From an uncultured Flavobacteriales bacterium (lineage in GTDB: Bacteria; Bacteroidota; Bacteroidia; Flavobacteriales_D; Sanyastnellaceae): a DNA stretch of 64,000 nt. Numbering within the stretch: position 1 is the stretch's first letter; the number at the start of each line of letters is the position of its first letter. Of the stretch, positions 8,114 to 19,500 are shown piece by piece. Under the pieces are notes generated by a model that searched no databases, was not told where the DNA came from, and saw nothing but the letters and a program-made list of their open reading frames with translations. The DNA lies in the NCBI GenBank assembly GCA_943846755.1, contig OX044365.1, forward strand, positions 2,082,747-2,146,746, written 5' to 3'. Position numbers and translations under genes: made by a program.

Positions 8114-9580
8114 TTACTTCTTGGTCACACGCAGGGTAGAGGTGGTCTCACCAGCGGTCAAAGTGACCAGGTAAATTCCGGACTCAACACCAGCGAGGTC
8201 GAGCTGCAAGCGGCTGTTGCCGGCAGACATGGTGCCCATGTCCTGAGACATGATGCGCTGACCGAGCAAGTTGACGACGTCCAAGCGGACTTCTTCTGAA
8301 CCCGTGAGGTTCAAGTCAACCCAAGCCACATTCTCAACGGGGTTGGGATAAACGTTGAATGAAGTCTGTGCAACTTCCTCTTCGAGGCCGACGACGGTCT
8401 GAACGTCAGCTGCGCGGGTCTCTGAGTCGAAACCATAGCTTCCGTTGTATCCGTAGATCATGCTGTAATTGGACTGGTCATCGTTGAGGGTGTAGACGTA
8501 GCAAGCTCCGTCAACGCTGCCCCACTGGCTTCCGAAGAGGCCGTCACCGTACTCGTCAGTGAGGGTGAAGGTGTAGCAACCTGTGGATGGCACACCGACA
8601 TACTCTTCGTACGTAGAAGTGTTGTCGTAAGTGTTTGGAGCAACTGAGGCTACAACGTTTCCGTCAGCGTCGGCAACCTCCCAACCTGTCTCTGCACCCC
8701 AACCATCGGTTTCGATGTAGATGTAGAAAAGGGTAGTGGCTTCCGTTGCGCCGTCTACAGCAGCAAACAGAACGTCATTGTCCTCGTTCATGTCTCCGCT
8801 GGTGATGCGGATGCTGAAGTCGGTGCTGCCGTCAAACTGGTGTGATCCCATTTGAACGTCCTCAATCTCATAGGTATTGAGGTCGCCGCTCCAATCGTAA
8901 GACATCACGCTGGAACCGTCGATGAACAACTCGAGCGTAGCGCTGGTCAGGTTGTCCAATCCGAGGTTCATCAACTGAGCGCTCACCGCGGATGGGCTGT
9001 TGCTGCAAGTGATGGTCTCACCTGTGTAGCTCAACACCGCTGCATCGTTGGCCATGGTAGCTGCAGCGCAGTCATTGGCAAACAAAATGGTGGCGTGATC
9101 ATCAGCACTGATTTGGCTGCTTTCCGTAAGCATGCGGTTCGGGCAGATGGTGTAGATGGTGGGGTAGTAAGCTCCAGCGTAATCGTCAAAGATGTTTCCA
9201 CCATTGTCGATGATAGGGTAACCGGTTCCTTCGGTCCAGTTTCCTTGGGTCGCTGTACCTGTTCCTTCGAGATCTTCCAAGGTTGTAGTGTCATCGCCTT
9301 CAATGAAGAAAACGTAAACTTCGTCCGTTCCATCAGGACCATACATTTCCCAGATGTCTTCGAGTGCACCTGTGTTGTGATAGCTCCAGCAAGGTCCGCA
9401 CCATGTGGCGGAGAAGTCGATGATGACTTTCTTCCCTTCGTCGAGCAGGCTGTAAAGGTTGTGCTCCACTCCGTTGAGGTCCTCAGCGGTCCAGTCCGGT
9501 GCGATGCTGCCGTCTGGCAATTGAGCCGAGGCGTTCAAACTGATAAAGAGCGCAAGCAGCGCGATGTAAATGTGCTTCAT
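8114..9580 (-). CDS. Secreted thioredoxin-fold protein with C-terminal T9SS type A sorting domain, 488 aa
   Basis: Signal peptide MKHIYIALLALFISLNASAQ. Thioredoxin motif DFSATWCGPCW. A central module reads ETDGWGAETGWEV...GCYTFTLTDEYGDG. The C-terminus, FNVYPNPVENVAWVDL...GIYLVTLTAGETTSTLRVTKK, matches the Por secretion tail pattern. Confidence 0.85.
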   Translation of the reverse strand: MKHIYIALLALFISLNASAQLPDGSIAPDWTAEDLNGVEHNLYSLLDEGKKVIIDFSATWCGPCWSYHNTGALEDIWEMYGPDGTDEVYVFFIEGDDTTTLEDLEGTGTATQGNWTEGTGYPIIDNGGNIFDDYAGAYYPTIYTICPNRMLTESSQISADDHATILFANDCAAATMANDAAVLSYTGETITCSNSPSAVSAQLMNLGLDNLTSATLELFIDGSSVMSYDWSGDLNTYEIEDVQMGSHQFDGSTDFSIRITSGDMNEDNDVLFAAVDGATEATTLFYIYIETDGWGAETGWEVADADGNVVASVAPNTYDNTSTYEEYVGVPSTGCYTFTLTDEYGDGLFGSQWGSVDGACYVYTLNDDQSNYSMIYGYNGSYGFDSETRAADVQTVVGLEEEVAQTSFNVYPNPVENVAWVDLNLTGSEEVRLDVVNLLGQRIMSQDMGTMSAGNSRLQLDLAGVESGIYLVTLTAGETTSTLRVTKK

Positions 9581-9767
9581 TGAGCAGGGTTTTGAGTTGT
9601 TTGATTCCTGAATCCTAAAACAGGGAACGTAAATATAGGAGTGTAGGGCAATATTTTGGTTGCATTCCAGTTTTTACGCGTTTGGACCTCCAATCTTCAG
9701 GCCTAAAGGGCAATTATGCCGGTTCAAGGCAGTTTTCGAAGTTGCCGCTCCGCTCTGTTTTGGAAGC

Positions 9768-9775
9768 TATCTTTA
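9768..9775 (+). promoter_or_regulatory. Near-consensus Bacteroidota -7 box (TATCTTTA) 4 nt before the ATG at 9780
   Basis: The sequence reads GCTATCTTTAcagcATG. It shares GCTATCTTT with the perfect boxes upstream of rpmH and ahcY and has one mismatch to TAnnTTTG. Confidence 0.3.
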
Positions 9776-9779
9776 CAGC

Positions 9780-10574
9780 ATGCGTTCTAAAATCGTTCGG
9801 TCCCAGCGTTGGGGCGTGCTCGCGGCCATCTTGGCTTTTTCGGTCATGGGTTTAGCCCAAGGCCCCACTTTGATTGATCCCATCGAAGTTGTGGAAGGAA
9901 ACCCAACGGATACGGTGATGGTGGCCGAGTGGTTTGTCACCAATGCATCGGAAAACCCGATGACCCTGTATGTAGAGCGCAATGTCTTGCAAGTGGTCGA
10001 CCCCATGAACTTGCCTTATGCCCCAGGCAACGAGGGTGCCTATGAGCGCTTCTGCTGGGCTGGAACGTGTTATCCCTATGGCGCTTCTTCGAGTGCCTTG
10101 TCCTTGGCCATTACACTTGAGCCGTCCGATACCACGGGCATCAATGCTTTCGGGGCGGAGGATTGGTTGATTTCCGATTACTACCCCAACGGTGTGGCCG
10201 GCGTCACAGCCCTTGAATATTGTTTTAAGGCGACCGAACAGGGGGTGCCTGAGGTGTGTCATACGGTCCTGTTTTGTGCAGGTGCAGAAGAAGGTGAATG
10301 TGTCGTTTCAGTGGAAAGCCAAGCGTCCTTTGGCTTTGAAACTTTGGCCCCGAACCCCGTGGTTGGTCATTCCGCACTTTCTTATTTGGCCCCTGAGGGA
10401 GGTCACCTGTTGATTCTGGACTTGACAGGGCGCGAAATGAAGCGGGTACCCTTGGCCCCAGGCCGCGGAACCGTTTGGATTGATGCACAGGACTTTGAGC
10501 CCGGTGTCTACCTCCATGCCTTCGAGATGGGAGGTCGGATATTACAAACGCGCAAGTTCAGCGTGGCTCGTTGA
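9780..10574 (+). CDS. Hypothetical secreted protein with T9SS type A C-terminal sorting domain, 264 aa
   Basis: Track ORF 9660..10574 trimmed to ATG 9780 (MRSKIVRSQRWGVLAAILAFSVMGLAQ signal). C-terminus LAPNPVVGHSALSY...GVYLHAFEMGGRILQTRKFSVAR. Confidence 0.75.
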   Translation: MRSKIVRSQRWGVLAAILAFSVMGLAQGPTLIDPIEVVEGNPTDTVMVAEWFVTNASENPMTLYVERNVLQVVDPMNLPYAPGNEGAYERFCWAGTCYPYGASSSALSLAITLEPSDTTGINAFGAEDWLISDYYPNGVAGVTALEYCFKATEQGVPEVCHTVLFCAGAEEGECVVSVESQASFGFETLAPNPVVGHSALSYLAPEGGHLLILDLTGREMKRVPLAPGRGTVWIDAQDFEPGVYLHAFEMGGRILQTRKFSVAR

Positions 10575-10650
10575 GGAGAAATCGCCGCTTGGCGGTTTGG
10601 TCTGCGTCGGTGATGGGACCATCTTCGCGGTTTAAGACACCACCCATTCA

Positions 10651-12921
10651 ATGAGCAGCATCCGCAGGAAAGAGGCGCTGGACTACCACAGCCGTGGTCG
10701 GCGTGGAAAGGTGGAGGTCATTCCATCCAAGCCCTACAGTTCACAGCGCGATTTGAGCCTGGCTTATTCGCCAGGTGTCGCCGAGCCTTGCTTGGAGATT
10801 GCAAAAAACCCAAACGATGTATACCGCTACACGGCCAAGGGCAACTTGGTAGCGGTGATCTCCAATGGAACGGCCGTATTGGGGCTGGGCAACATCGGTC
10901 CCGAAGCTTCCAAGCCGGTGATGGAGGGCAAAGGGGTCTTATTCAAAGTCTTTGCTGACCTCGATTGCTTCGACATCGAAGTAGACGCTCTGGACGTAGA
11001 CACCTTTGTCCAGACCGTGAAGGCCATCGCGCCCACTTTTGGCGGCATCAACTTGGAGGATATCAAGGCCCCGGAGGCTTTTGAAATAGAACGCCGGCTC
11101 AAAGAAGAACTGAACATTCCGGTCATGCACGATGACCAACATGGGACAGCCATCATCAGTGGTGCTGCCTTGATCAATGCGCTCGAGCTCGCAGGCAAAC
11201 AGGCCGATGCGATCAAAATGGTCGTGAGTGGCGCGGGTGCGTCTGCGATGGCGTGTATGGACCTCTACATGCAACTGGGCGTCAAGCGCGAAAACATCGC
11301 TGTATTCGACAGCAAAGGACACCTGCACAAGGGACGAGAGGGCCTTGGTGAGCGCAAGCAAAATCTGGCCCATTCCGATGTGGAGATTCCTTCGCTTGCG
11401 GCGGCCATGGAGGGGGCAGACGTCTTTATCGGACTGAGCCGTGGAGGCCTTGTAAATGCTGAAATGGTGGCTGCGATGGCAGACAACCCCATTGTGTTTG
11501 CTTTGGCCAATCCCGACCCTGAGATTCCATACGATGAAGCGAAACAGGCCCGGCCCGATGTGATCATGGCGACAGGTCGAAGCGACCATCCCAACCAAGT
11601 CAACAATGTTTTGGGTTTTCCCTTCATTTTTAGGGGCGCCATGGATGTGCGGGCAACGGCCATTAACGACGCCATGAAAATGGCGGCGGTCGAGGCCATT
11701 GCAGCCCTCGCAAAGGAGAATGTGCCCGACGAAGTCAATGAGGCTTACGAAGAGCGTGGACTTGGATTTGGTGTGGACTTCATCATTCCCAAGCCGATGG
11801 ACCCCCGTTTGATCACGACAGTGGCGCCCGCTGTTGCTTTGGCGGCAATGGAAAGCGGTGTGGCCCAAGAGCCCATCCGAGATTGGGACGATTACAAACG
11901 CGTTTTGGCTGAAAGGCTGGGTCAAGACAACACGTTGGTGCGGAACCTAAGTGGCCGTGCGCGTAAACACCCCAAGCGCATCGTGTTTGCTGAGGCTGAC
12001 CATTATAAGGTTCTCAAGGCTGTGGAAACCGCACGCGATGAGGGCATTGTAGAGCCTGTATTGCTGGGCTCCAGGGAGCGCATTGCATCACTGATTGAAG
12101 AGCACCGCATTGAGTTGCCCGAGGTGGAAATCATCGACCCAGCGGATCCCATGGAGGGGTCACGGGTGGAGACTTTCGCCGGATACCTTTTGGGCAAACG
12201 CGAACGCAAGGGGTTGACCCATTCGGAAGCATTGGGCCTGATGAAGCGGAGAAGTTATTTCGGCTCCATGCTTGTGGAGTCCGGTGAAGCCGATGCGGTG
12301 ATCAGTGGCTTGACCCGCAACTATCGGGAGAGCTTGCTGCCAGCTTTGCACACACTTGGCCTTGCTGAGGGCGTCAAAAAAGTGGCGGGGATGTACATCG
12401 TCCAAGCAAAGTCCGGTCCCATGTTTTTTGCGGACACGACGGTGAACCGCGATCCGACTGCGCGAGAACTCGTGGACATCACATTGTTGACGGCTGAGGC
12501 CGTCAGATCTATGCGCATCGTGCCGAGGATTGCCATGTTGAGCTACTCCAATTTTGGTTCAGCCGATGGACGCGATGCCGAAAAGGTGCGTGAAGCGGTG
12601 GCTATCCTTCATAAGGAACACCCCGACCTCATTGTAGACGGGGAGATGCAGGCCAATGTGGCGCTCAATGAAGAGCTGGCCGGGGAATTGTTCCCGTTCA
12701 GCAATTTGCGTGGCCGGCGCGTGAACACCTTGATTTTCCCCAACCTGGCAGCGGGCAACATTGCCTACAAGCTGATTCAGGAAATGGGCGGCTTTGAAGT
12801 GGTAGGTCCCATTTTGTTGGGCTTGCGCAAGCCGTTCCATATCCTGCAAATGGGGTCGAGTGTCCGCGAGATTGTCAACATGGTCCGCATAGCGGCCGTA
12901 GATGCTCACTCGAATCCATGA
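10651..12921 (+). CDS. maeB: NADP-dependent malic enzyme (malic enzyme domain fused to a phosphate acetyltransferase-like domain), 756 aa
   Basis: Full-length two-domain architecture: N-terminal [13 protein letters not shown]...[12 protein letters not shown] and a C-terminal PTA-like region. Confidence 0.95.
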   Translation: MSSIRRKEALDYHSRGRRGKVEVIPSKPYSSQRDLSLAYSPGVAEPCLEIAKNPNDVYRYTAKGNLVAVISNGTAVLGLGNIGPEASKPVMEGKGVLFKVFADLDCFDIEVDALDVDTFVQTVKAIAPTFGGINLEDIKAPEAFEIERRLKEELNIPVMHDDQHGTAIISGAALINALELAGKQADAIKMVVSGAGASAMACMDLYMQLGVKRENIAVFDSKGHLHKGREGLGERKQNLAHSDVEIPSLAAAMEGADVFIGLSRGGLVNAEMVAAMADNPIVFALANPDPEIPYDEAKQARPDVIMATGRSDHPNQVNNVLGFPFIFRGAMDVRATAINDAMKMAAVEAIAALAKENVPDEVNEAYEERGLGFGVDFIIPKPMDPRLITTVAPAVALAAMESGVAQEPIRDWDDYKRVLAERLGQDNTLVRNLSGRARKHPKRIVFAEADHYKVLKAVETARDEGIVEPVLLGSRERIASLIEEHRIELPEVEIIDPADPMEGSRVETFAGYLLGKRERKGLTHSEALGLMKRRSYFGSMLVESGEADAVISGLTRNYRESLLPALHTLGLAEGVKKVAGMYIVQAKSGPMFFADTTVNRDPTARELVDITLLTAEAVRSMRIVPRIAMLSYSNFGSADGRDAEKVREAVAILHKEHPDLIVDGEMQANVALNEELAGELFPFSNLRGRRVNTLIFPNLAAGNIAYKLIQEMGGFEVVGPILLGLRKPFHILQMGSSVREIVNMVRIAAVDAHSNP

Positions 12922-13532
12922 TCCATCACCTCACAGGACAATTCACCGAGCTCACGCCCACATATATGATTGTGGAGTGCGCAGGTGTGGGATACATGGT
13001 ACACATCAGCTTGCACACTTCGTCCGCATTGGCGGGACAGGTAGAGGGTAAGGTGTTGATTCACGCCGTTTACCGAGAGGATGCCCAGTTGCTTTTCGGC
13101 TTTTCTGAGGCGACCGAGCGCAGTTTGTTTGTGATGCTGACCAGCGTGAGCGGTGTCGGAGCGCAGACAGCACGGATGATTCTAAGTGGCCTTGGACCTG
13201 CCGAGCTGGTCGAAGTGATCAGCCGAGGAGATGTGGCGGCCCTGAAAGCGGTGAAGGGCATTGGTGCCAAAACGGCACAGCGCATACTGGTCGACCTGCA
13301 GGACAAAATGGGCAAAGACCCGGCGTTTGTGGCTTCCCCTGTAAGCGGCCAAGCTTCTTCAGGTCAGAATGAATTTGCGGGGGCAAACAATACAAAGCGT
13401 TCTGATGCGTTGGGCGCTTTGTGTAACCTCGGATTTGACAGGAAAAGGGTGGAGACGGTGCTCGATCAGCTGGCCGCTGAAGGGGTAGATGCCGTAGAGG
13501 AATTCGTTCGGGCTGCATTGAAAAGACTTTGA
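12918..13532 (+). CDS. ruvA: Holliday junction branch migration complex subunit RuvA, 204 aa
   Basis: MIHHLTGQF...VECAGVGYMVHISL and the helix-hairpin-helix region LTSVSGVGAQTARMILSGL...LKAVKGIGAKTAQRIL. ATGA overlap with the maeB stop. Confidence 0.95.
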   Translation: MIHHLTGQFTELTPTYMIVECAGVGYMVHISLHTSSALAGQVEGKVLIHAVYREDAQLLFGFSEATERSLFVMLTSVSGVGAQTARMILSGLGPAELVEVISRGDVAALKAVKGIGAKTAQRILVDLQDKMGKDPAFVASPVSGQASSGQNEFAGANNTKRSDALGALCNLGFDRKRVETVLDQLAAEGVDAVEEFVRAALKRL

Positions 13533-13543
13533 CCCACTTGAGC

Positions 13544-16500
13544 ATGACCATTTGCAACGACGTTGCGATTCAGGCCTTCCGCAGGCCTCACCTGACATGG
13601 TGGGGGCGGTGTTTGGGGCTGCTTTTTGTTTTGGGCTTGATGCCCTTGATGACCCGGGCTCAATCTGACTCGCTCGAACTTCCGTTGCCCCATGGTGAAG
13701 ACCTGCCCAACCCGGTGGAAACCCCTGGGGGCGTGAGTTTGGACTTTCCAGACGTCATCGATTACGGCGTGGATTACGATGAGAACAGTGGCCAATATGT
13801 GGTGCGTCAGCGCTTGGGTGACACGCTGGATTTTCGGAACCCCACCTTCTTGACGCTGGATGAGTTCTTGGAGTACAACATCGATGAAAACCTGAGTGAG
13901 TTCTGGACGGAGATGCAGCAAGAGGTGGACGATGAAGAGCGCGGTTTTGCGCCCAAATTGACCATAGACTCCGAGCTGTTCGAGACCATTTTTGGTTCAA
14001 ACGAAATTGAAATCAAGCCGCAGGGTTCTGCCGAATTGAACTTTGGTGTGCGTTACAGCAGAACGGAAAACCCGCGCCTTGCAGAGCGGGACCGTGCGAT
14101 CACGACGTTCGACTTTGACCAGCGCATACAGTTGTCCATCGACGGCAGCATTGGCGACAAAATCAACCTTGGAACCAACTACAACACGGAAGCCACATTT
14201 GACTTTGAAAACCAGATGAACATCGGTTTCCAAGGTGAGGAAGACGACATCCTGAAGAACATTGAGGCGGGCAACATCAGCATGCCGCTTCAGAGTACCT
14301 TGATCCAAGGCAGTCAGTCCCTGTTTGGAACCAAGTTGGAAACCCAATGGGGCAAGGTCTACAATACCACGGTGTTCAGCCAGCAGAAGGGTGAGCGCAA
14401 GGAAATTGAAGTGGAGGGGGGCGCCCAAACCCAGGAGTTTGACATTCGGGCAGACGATTACGAGGCGAACCGCCACTATTTCCTCTCCCAATACTTCAGG
14501 AACGAATACGACAACGCCCTGCAGAGTTTGCCGGTGGTCAATTCTGGCGCGCGCATCACGCGGATAGAGGTCTATGCGGTCAACACGCAAGCCAATACAC
14601 AAGACGTTCGGAACGTTCTCGCCTTTACCGACATCGGTGAGCACCCTGACTACATTTCTTCGGACTTGCCCATCGCGGACATCACCAATGACCCCAACAT
14701 TGGCATCAACCTGAACCGGGCGCCCAACAACGGCAACAACGACATCTTCTTTGACATGACGGGCGACCCGAATGTCATGGGATTCAGTGGCGCTGGCGCG
14801 GCGATTGCCTCTTATGTTGGAACGGACGGAAGCCCGATCTACGACCAGGGCATTCACTACGAGCGTGTGGGCAATGCCCGCCGTTTGGCACCAACAGAGT
14901 TCACCTACAATGACCGATTGGGCTTCATCAGCCTGCGTCAGTCGCTCAACAATGCGGAAGTGTTGGCGGTAGCCTACGAGTACACCTTGAACGGCGAAAC
15001 TTACCAAGTGGGTACCCTGAGCCAAGATGGATATGCCGCACCGGGAGCGCTGGTCTTGAAGATGCTCAAGAGTTCAGTGACCCGCGTGAGCTTGGAAAAT
15101 GGAGACGTGGCCCCACTGTGGGACTTGATGATGAAAAACGTCTACTCGCTGGGTGCCTTCGGACTGAGTTCAGAGGATTTCCGGATTGGCGTTTGGTACA
15201 ACGACCCCTCTACCGGTGTGGACCTCAATTACATTCCTCGGGCGCCGCTGGAAGGTGAACTGCTGATTCAGGTTCTCGGAATGGACCGGATCGACATCAA
15301 TGGGCAGCTGCAGCCTGACGGTGTCTACGACTTTGTGGACAATGCGGCTACCCAAGGAGGCACCATGAACAGCCAAAATGGAAGGGTGTTTCTGCCTTCG
15401 GTTGAGCCGTTTGGAAAATCATTGCGCGATCAAATCGAGTCGCGGGTTTCTGACCCTGATTTGGCCCAGTCGTTGATTCAGACCATCGTCTTTCAGCCGC
15501 TGTATGACAGCACAAAGACAGCGGCACAGCAGATCCCCTCGTTGAACCGGTTTCGGATCAAGGGACAGTACCAGAGCCAAGTGAGCTCGGAGATCATGTT
15601 GAATGCGCTCAACATTCCGGAAGGGTCGGTGACGGTGACCTCTGGAGGTGCCCGACTTATTGAAAACCAAGACTATACCGTGGATTACAACCTCGGTAGG
15701 GTGCGCATCATCAACGACGGATTGCTGGAAAGTGGCCAGCCCATCCGGGTCTCCTTGGAAAGCAACAGCCTCTTCAACATCCAGACCAAAACGATGATTG
15801 GAACGCGTTTCGATTACTCGCCCAGTCAGGACCTGGCCATGGGGGCGACGTTCTTGAACTTGAGAGAAAGGCCCTTGACCCAAAAGGTCAACATTGGCGA
15901 TGAGCCCGTCAACAACACCATCATGGGGGCGGACTTCACGTATTCCCGCTCCAGTCAGTTTCTGACGGACATGATTGACAAGCTGCCTTTCATCAAAGCA
16001 TCCGCCCCGTCCAACATCAACCTCAGTGCAGAAGCCGCATACTTGATTCCTGGACACAGCAGGGCGGTGGGCAAGGAGGGCAACGCCTACATCGATGACT
16101 TCGAGGGCTCACAGAGTGCGATTGACATCCGCTCTTGGACGCAGTGGAGTTTGGCCAGTACACCCAAACTTCAGCCCAGCCTCTTTCCGGAAGCGGACGT
16201 CGAGGACAGCCTCTTGTTCAACTACAACCGCGCCCGTCTGAACTGGTACACCATTGACCCCAGTTTCTTCGGTGGAGGTTTGCAAGACGGGCAGGTGGAT
16301 TTGGATGTACGCTCCAATCACCTGATGCGCTTGGTCGAAAACAAGGAAGTGTTTCCCAACAGGCAGTTGCCGTTGGGTACGCCAGAGAACCTGCCCACAT
16401 TCGACCTGTCCTTTGACCCCACGGTCCGAGGACCATACAACTACGTCCCTGCCGAGGGACTTGGACCAGTCCCCGGGTTGAACCAAGACGGCTCATTGCA

Positions 16501-19500
16501 GGCTCCCGAAGAGCGGTGGGGGGGCATTCAGCGGGCTTTGTTGACCACGGACTTTGAGCTTTCCAACGTGGAGTATATCCAATTCTGGGTGATGGACCCC
16601 TTCAATGACGACAGCCCCAATGACACCGGGGGCGAGCTCTACATGAACCTGGGATCAGTGAGTGAGGACTTGCTCAACGATGGACAGTTGGCCTTTGAGA
16701 ACGGACTGCCTTCTGCCAATCAACCTGCGCCAGTGGTAGAATCAAACTGGGGTGTGGTGGCCGATCCATCCACCTTCAATGTGGTCAATGCGTTTGACAA
16801 CTCTACAGGAGATTACAGCCAGCAGGACGTGGGCCTCGACGGGTTGAACTCCGAAGAGGAGCAGGCGTTTTTCTCGGACTGGTTGTCGGGCTTGCAGACT
16901 GCGCTCGATCCCGATGCCTACGCTCAAATCGCACAAGACCCTTCTGCCGACGACTTCCGTTATTTCCGTGACCCCGTGGCCCAGGCCAATGACGAGAATG
17001 TACTCGAGCGTTACCGCTTCTTTAACGGTTATGAAGGCAACAGCAGCACGGCACAGCCTTCGGGTTATCCCATCGCTTCTACCACCTTGCCCAACACGGA
17101 GGACCTCAATGAGGACTTGACCCTGAGTTCTATTGAGAGTTATTTCCAGTACAAGGTTCCATTGCGTCCTGGCGAATTGAACGAGGCCAACATCGGACGG
17201 AATTACCTGTCAGACGTGTTGGTGGCAGACAAGACGATGCCCAACGGTGATACGCGTCAGGTGAAGTGGCTACAGTTCAAAGTGCCCATTCGGGACTTCG
17301 AGGCGCGGGTAGGAGGCATCAGCGACTTCAGGAGCATCCGGTTTATGCGGATTTTCATGAAGGGATGGAGGCAGCCTGTAACGCTGAGGTTTGCGCGCTT
17401 GGAATTGATCCGTGGTGAATGGAGAAAGTTTGAAGAGAGCCTCGCCGGTCCCCAAGAGGTCGAACCAGATGACCCTTCGGACACCCAGTTTGCGATCAGC
17501 GCGGTGAACATTGAAGAGAATGGCTACCGCCAGCCGGTCAATTATGTCACGCCTCCCGGCATTTTGCGTGAGATCAATGTGGCGACAGCGAACCAGGCAC
17601 AACTCAACGAGCAGTCGCTGCAGTTGGAGGTGTGTGGACTGGAAGATGGAGATGCGCGGGCAGCCTACCGCAACATCAACTTCGACATGCGGATGTACAA
17701 GCGCCTCCGGATGTTCGTGCACGCCGAGGCAGCGCGGTTGGATGAGCCGCTGGAGTCAGATGACCTGACCTGTTTCATTCGCTTGGGTTCTGACTTCGTA
17801 GACAATTACTACGAGTACGAGATTCCGTTGCAAGTCACCCCTTGGGGCACTTCTGAGAAAACGGAGATCTGGCCGCAAGCCAATGAGATTGACCTGAGGT
17901 TTCAGGACCTCCAAACATTGAAGGTTTCCAGGCCGGTGGGCTACCCGTTGTTCCAAGAGTATGAGCGCTTGGAAGGAAATGTCCGCTTTGCGGTGCGCGG
18001 TAACCCCAACTTGGCCAATGTGGTCACGGTGATGATCGGAGTTCGCAACTCCGACAAGGACACCAATCCGTTTGCTGCAAACGATGATGGGCAGGAGAAA
18101 TGCGCCATTGTGTGGGCCAATGAGCTCCGTTTGTCTGAATTCAACGAAGAAGGTGGATGGGCAGCTACGGCACAACTGCAGGCGACTCTGAGTGACCTTG
18201 GAAACCTCAGCGTCGCGGCCAACATGTCCACTCCAGGATGGGGAGGATTGGAGCAGAGGGTGCAGGAGCGTCAGAGGGAAACCGTTCAAGGAGTCGATGC
18301 CAACACGACGTTGCAGTTGGGCAAATTCCTACCGGACTTCCTCGGGGTGCAGTTGCCGCTCTACCTGGGTTACAGCGAAACGGTGTCTACCCCACAATTT
18401 GATCCGCTTTCTCCTGACGTTGAGATTGCCGATGCCGGCTTGTCGCCTTCACGTCAGAAAAAATCCCAGCAGATTAACCGGATTCGAAGCATCAATTTCT
18501 CCAACATCAAGATTGATCCTCAGCTCGGTGGCCGGGAAAAAAACAAGGACAAGAAATCCAAAAAAGACAAGGAGGCAGAGACTGCGAAGCGCTTGGAAGG
18601 AGCTGATGAAGTGACCCAGCAGCGTGAGCTTGCAGCGCAGCGGGGAGCGGCAGGTATGGCCTCGCGTGGAGGAGGGGGCAACAAAAGCAGCGGTTTCTTT
18701 GGATTCCTGGACCCAGGAAACCTCAGTGCCAACTTCGCCTACACCGAAAACTACCAGCGCGACATCAACACCGAATTCAACCTGCGCCGCAATTACAGAG
18801 GGGGACTTCGGTATGACTTCACCAACCGTCCAAAGGAAGTGAAGCCGTTTGCATGGATGGGCCGTTCCAAGGCCATTCGCTGGTTGACAGACTTCAATTT
18901 CTACACTGGTTTGAAGCAGGTCTCGGTCAACATGTCCATGGACAGGACCTATGAGGCCAGCAGGGTGCGCAACAACACCGCGGAGCTTTTGGGCATTGAA
19001 ACCGGCGTTCTGGTGAGCACCCAGGTGTTGAAGCAATGGAATTGGAACCGCGACTATGTGGTCAAATGGGACCCTACCAAGAGCTTGCGATTGGACTACA
19101 ATGGCCGTGCCACGGCATTGGTGGGTGAGCCCATTGGTGTGATTGACCGGAACAATGCCGAGAGCTATGCGCAGTACCGCGATACGGTCCTGACCAACAT
19201 TGAAAACTTTGGTGAGGTGACGGCCTACGACCACACCGTGACGGCGAGCTACAAGTTGCCACTGGACAAGTTCCCGCTCCTTGACTTTACGTCGGCAGAT
19301 TTGCGCTACAAGGGCACCTACCGTTGGGACCGTGCACCATTCTCACAGGATTCACTGGGCCACACCATTCAGAACAGCCGAGACATCACGCTGAACGCCC
19401 AGGCCAGCTTGAAGACGCTTTATGACAAGGTGCCATTCTTAAAGGACATCAATTCTGGCAAGCGCAAGCGCGAGGCCATGAAGAAGCTGGAAAAGAAAAA

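Noticed and set aside
10939-11925. 328-aa minus-strand ORF
   Set aside because: Antisense to the unambiguous maeB gene. His/Arg-rich, low-information translation.
13997-15025. 342-aa minus-strand ORF, plus several others of 150-260 aa between 13.4 and 21.2 kb
   Set aside because: All are antisense or out of frame within sprA. No recognisable motifs.
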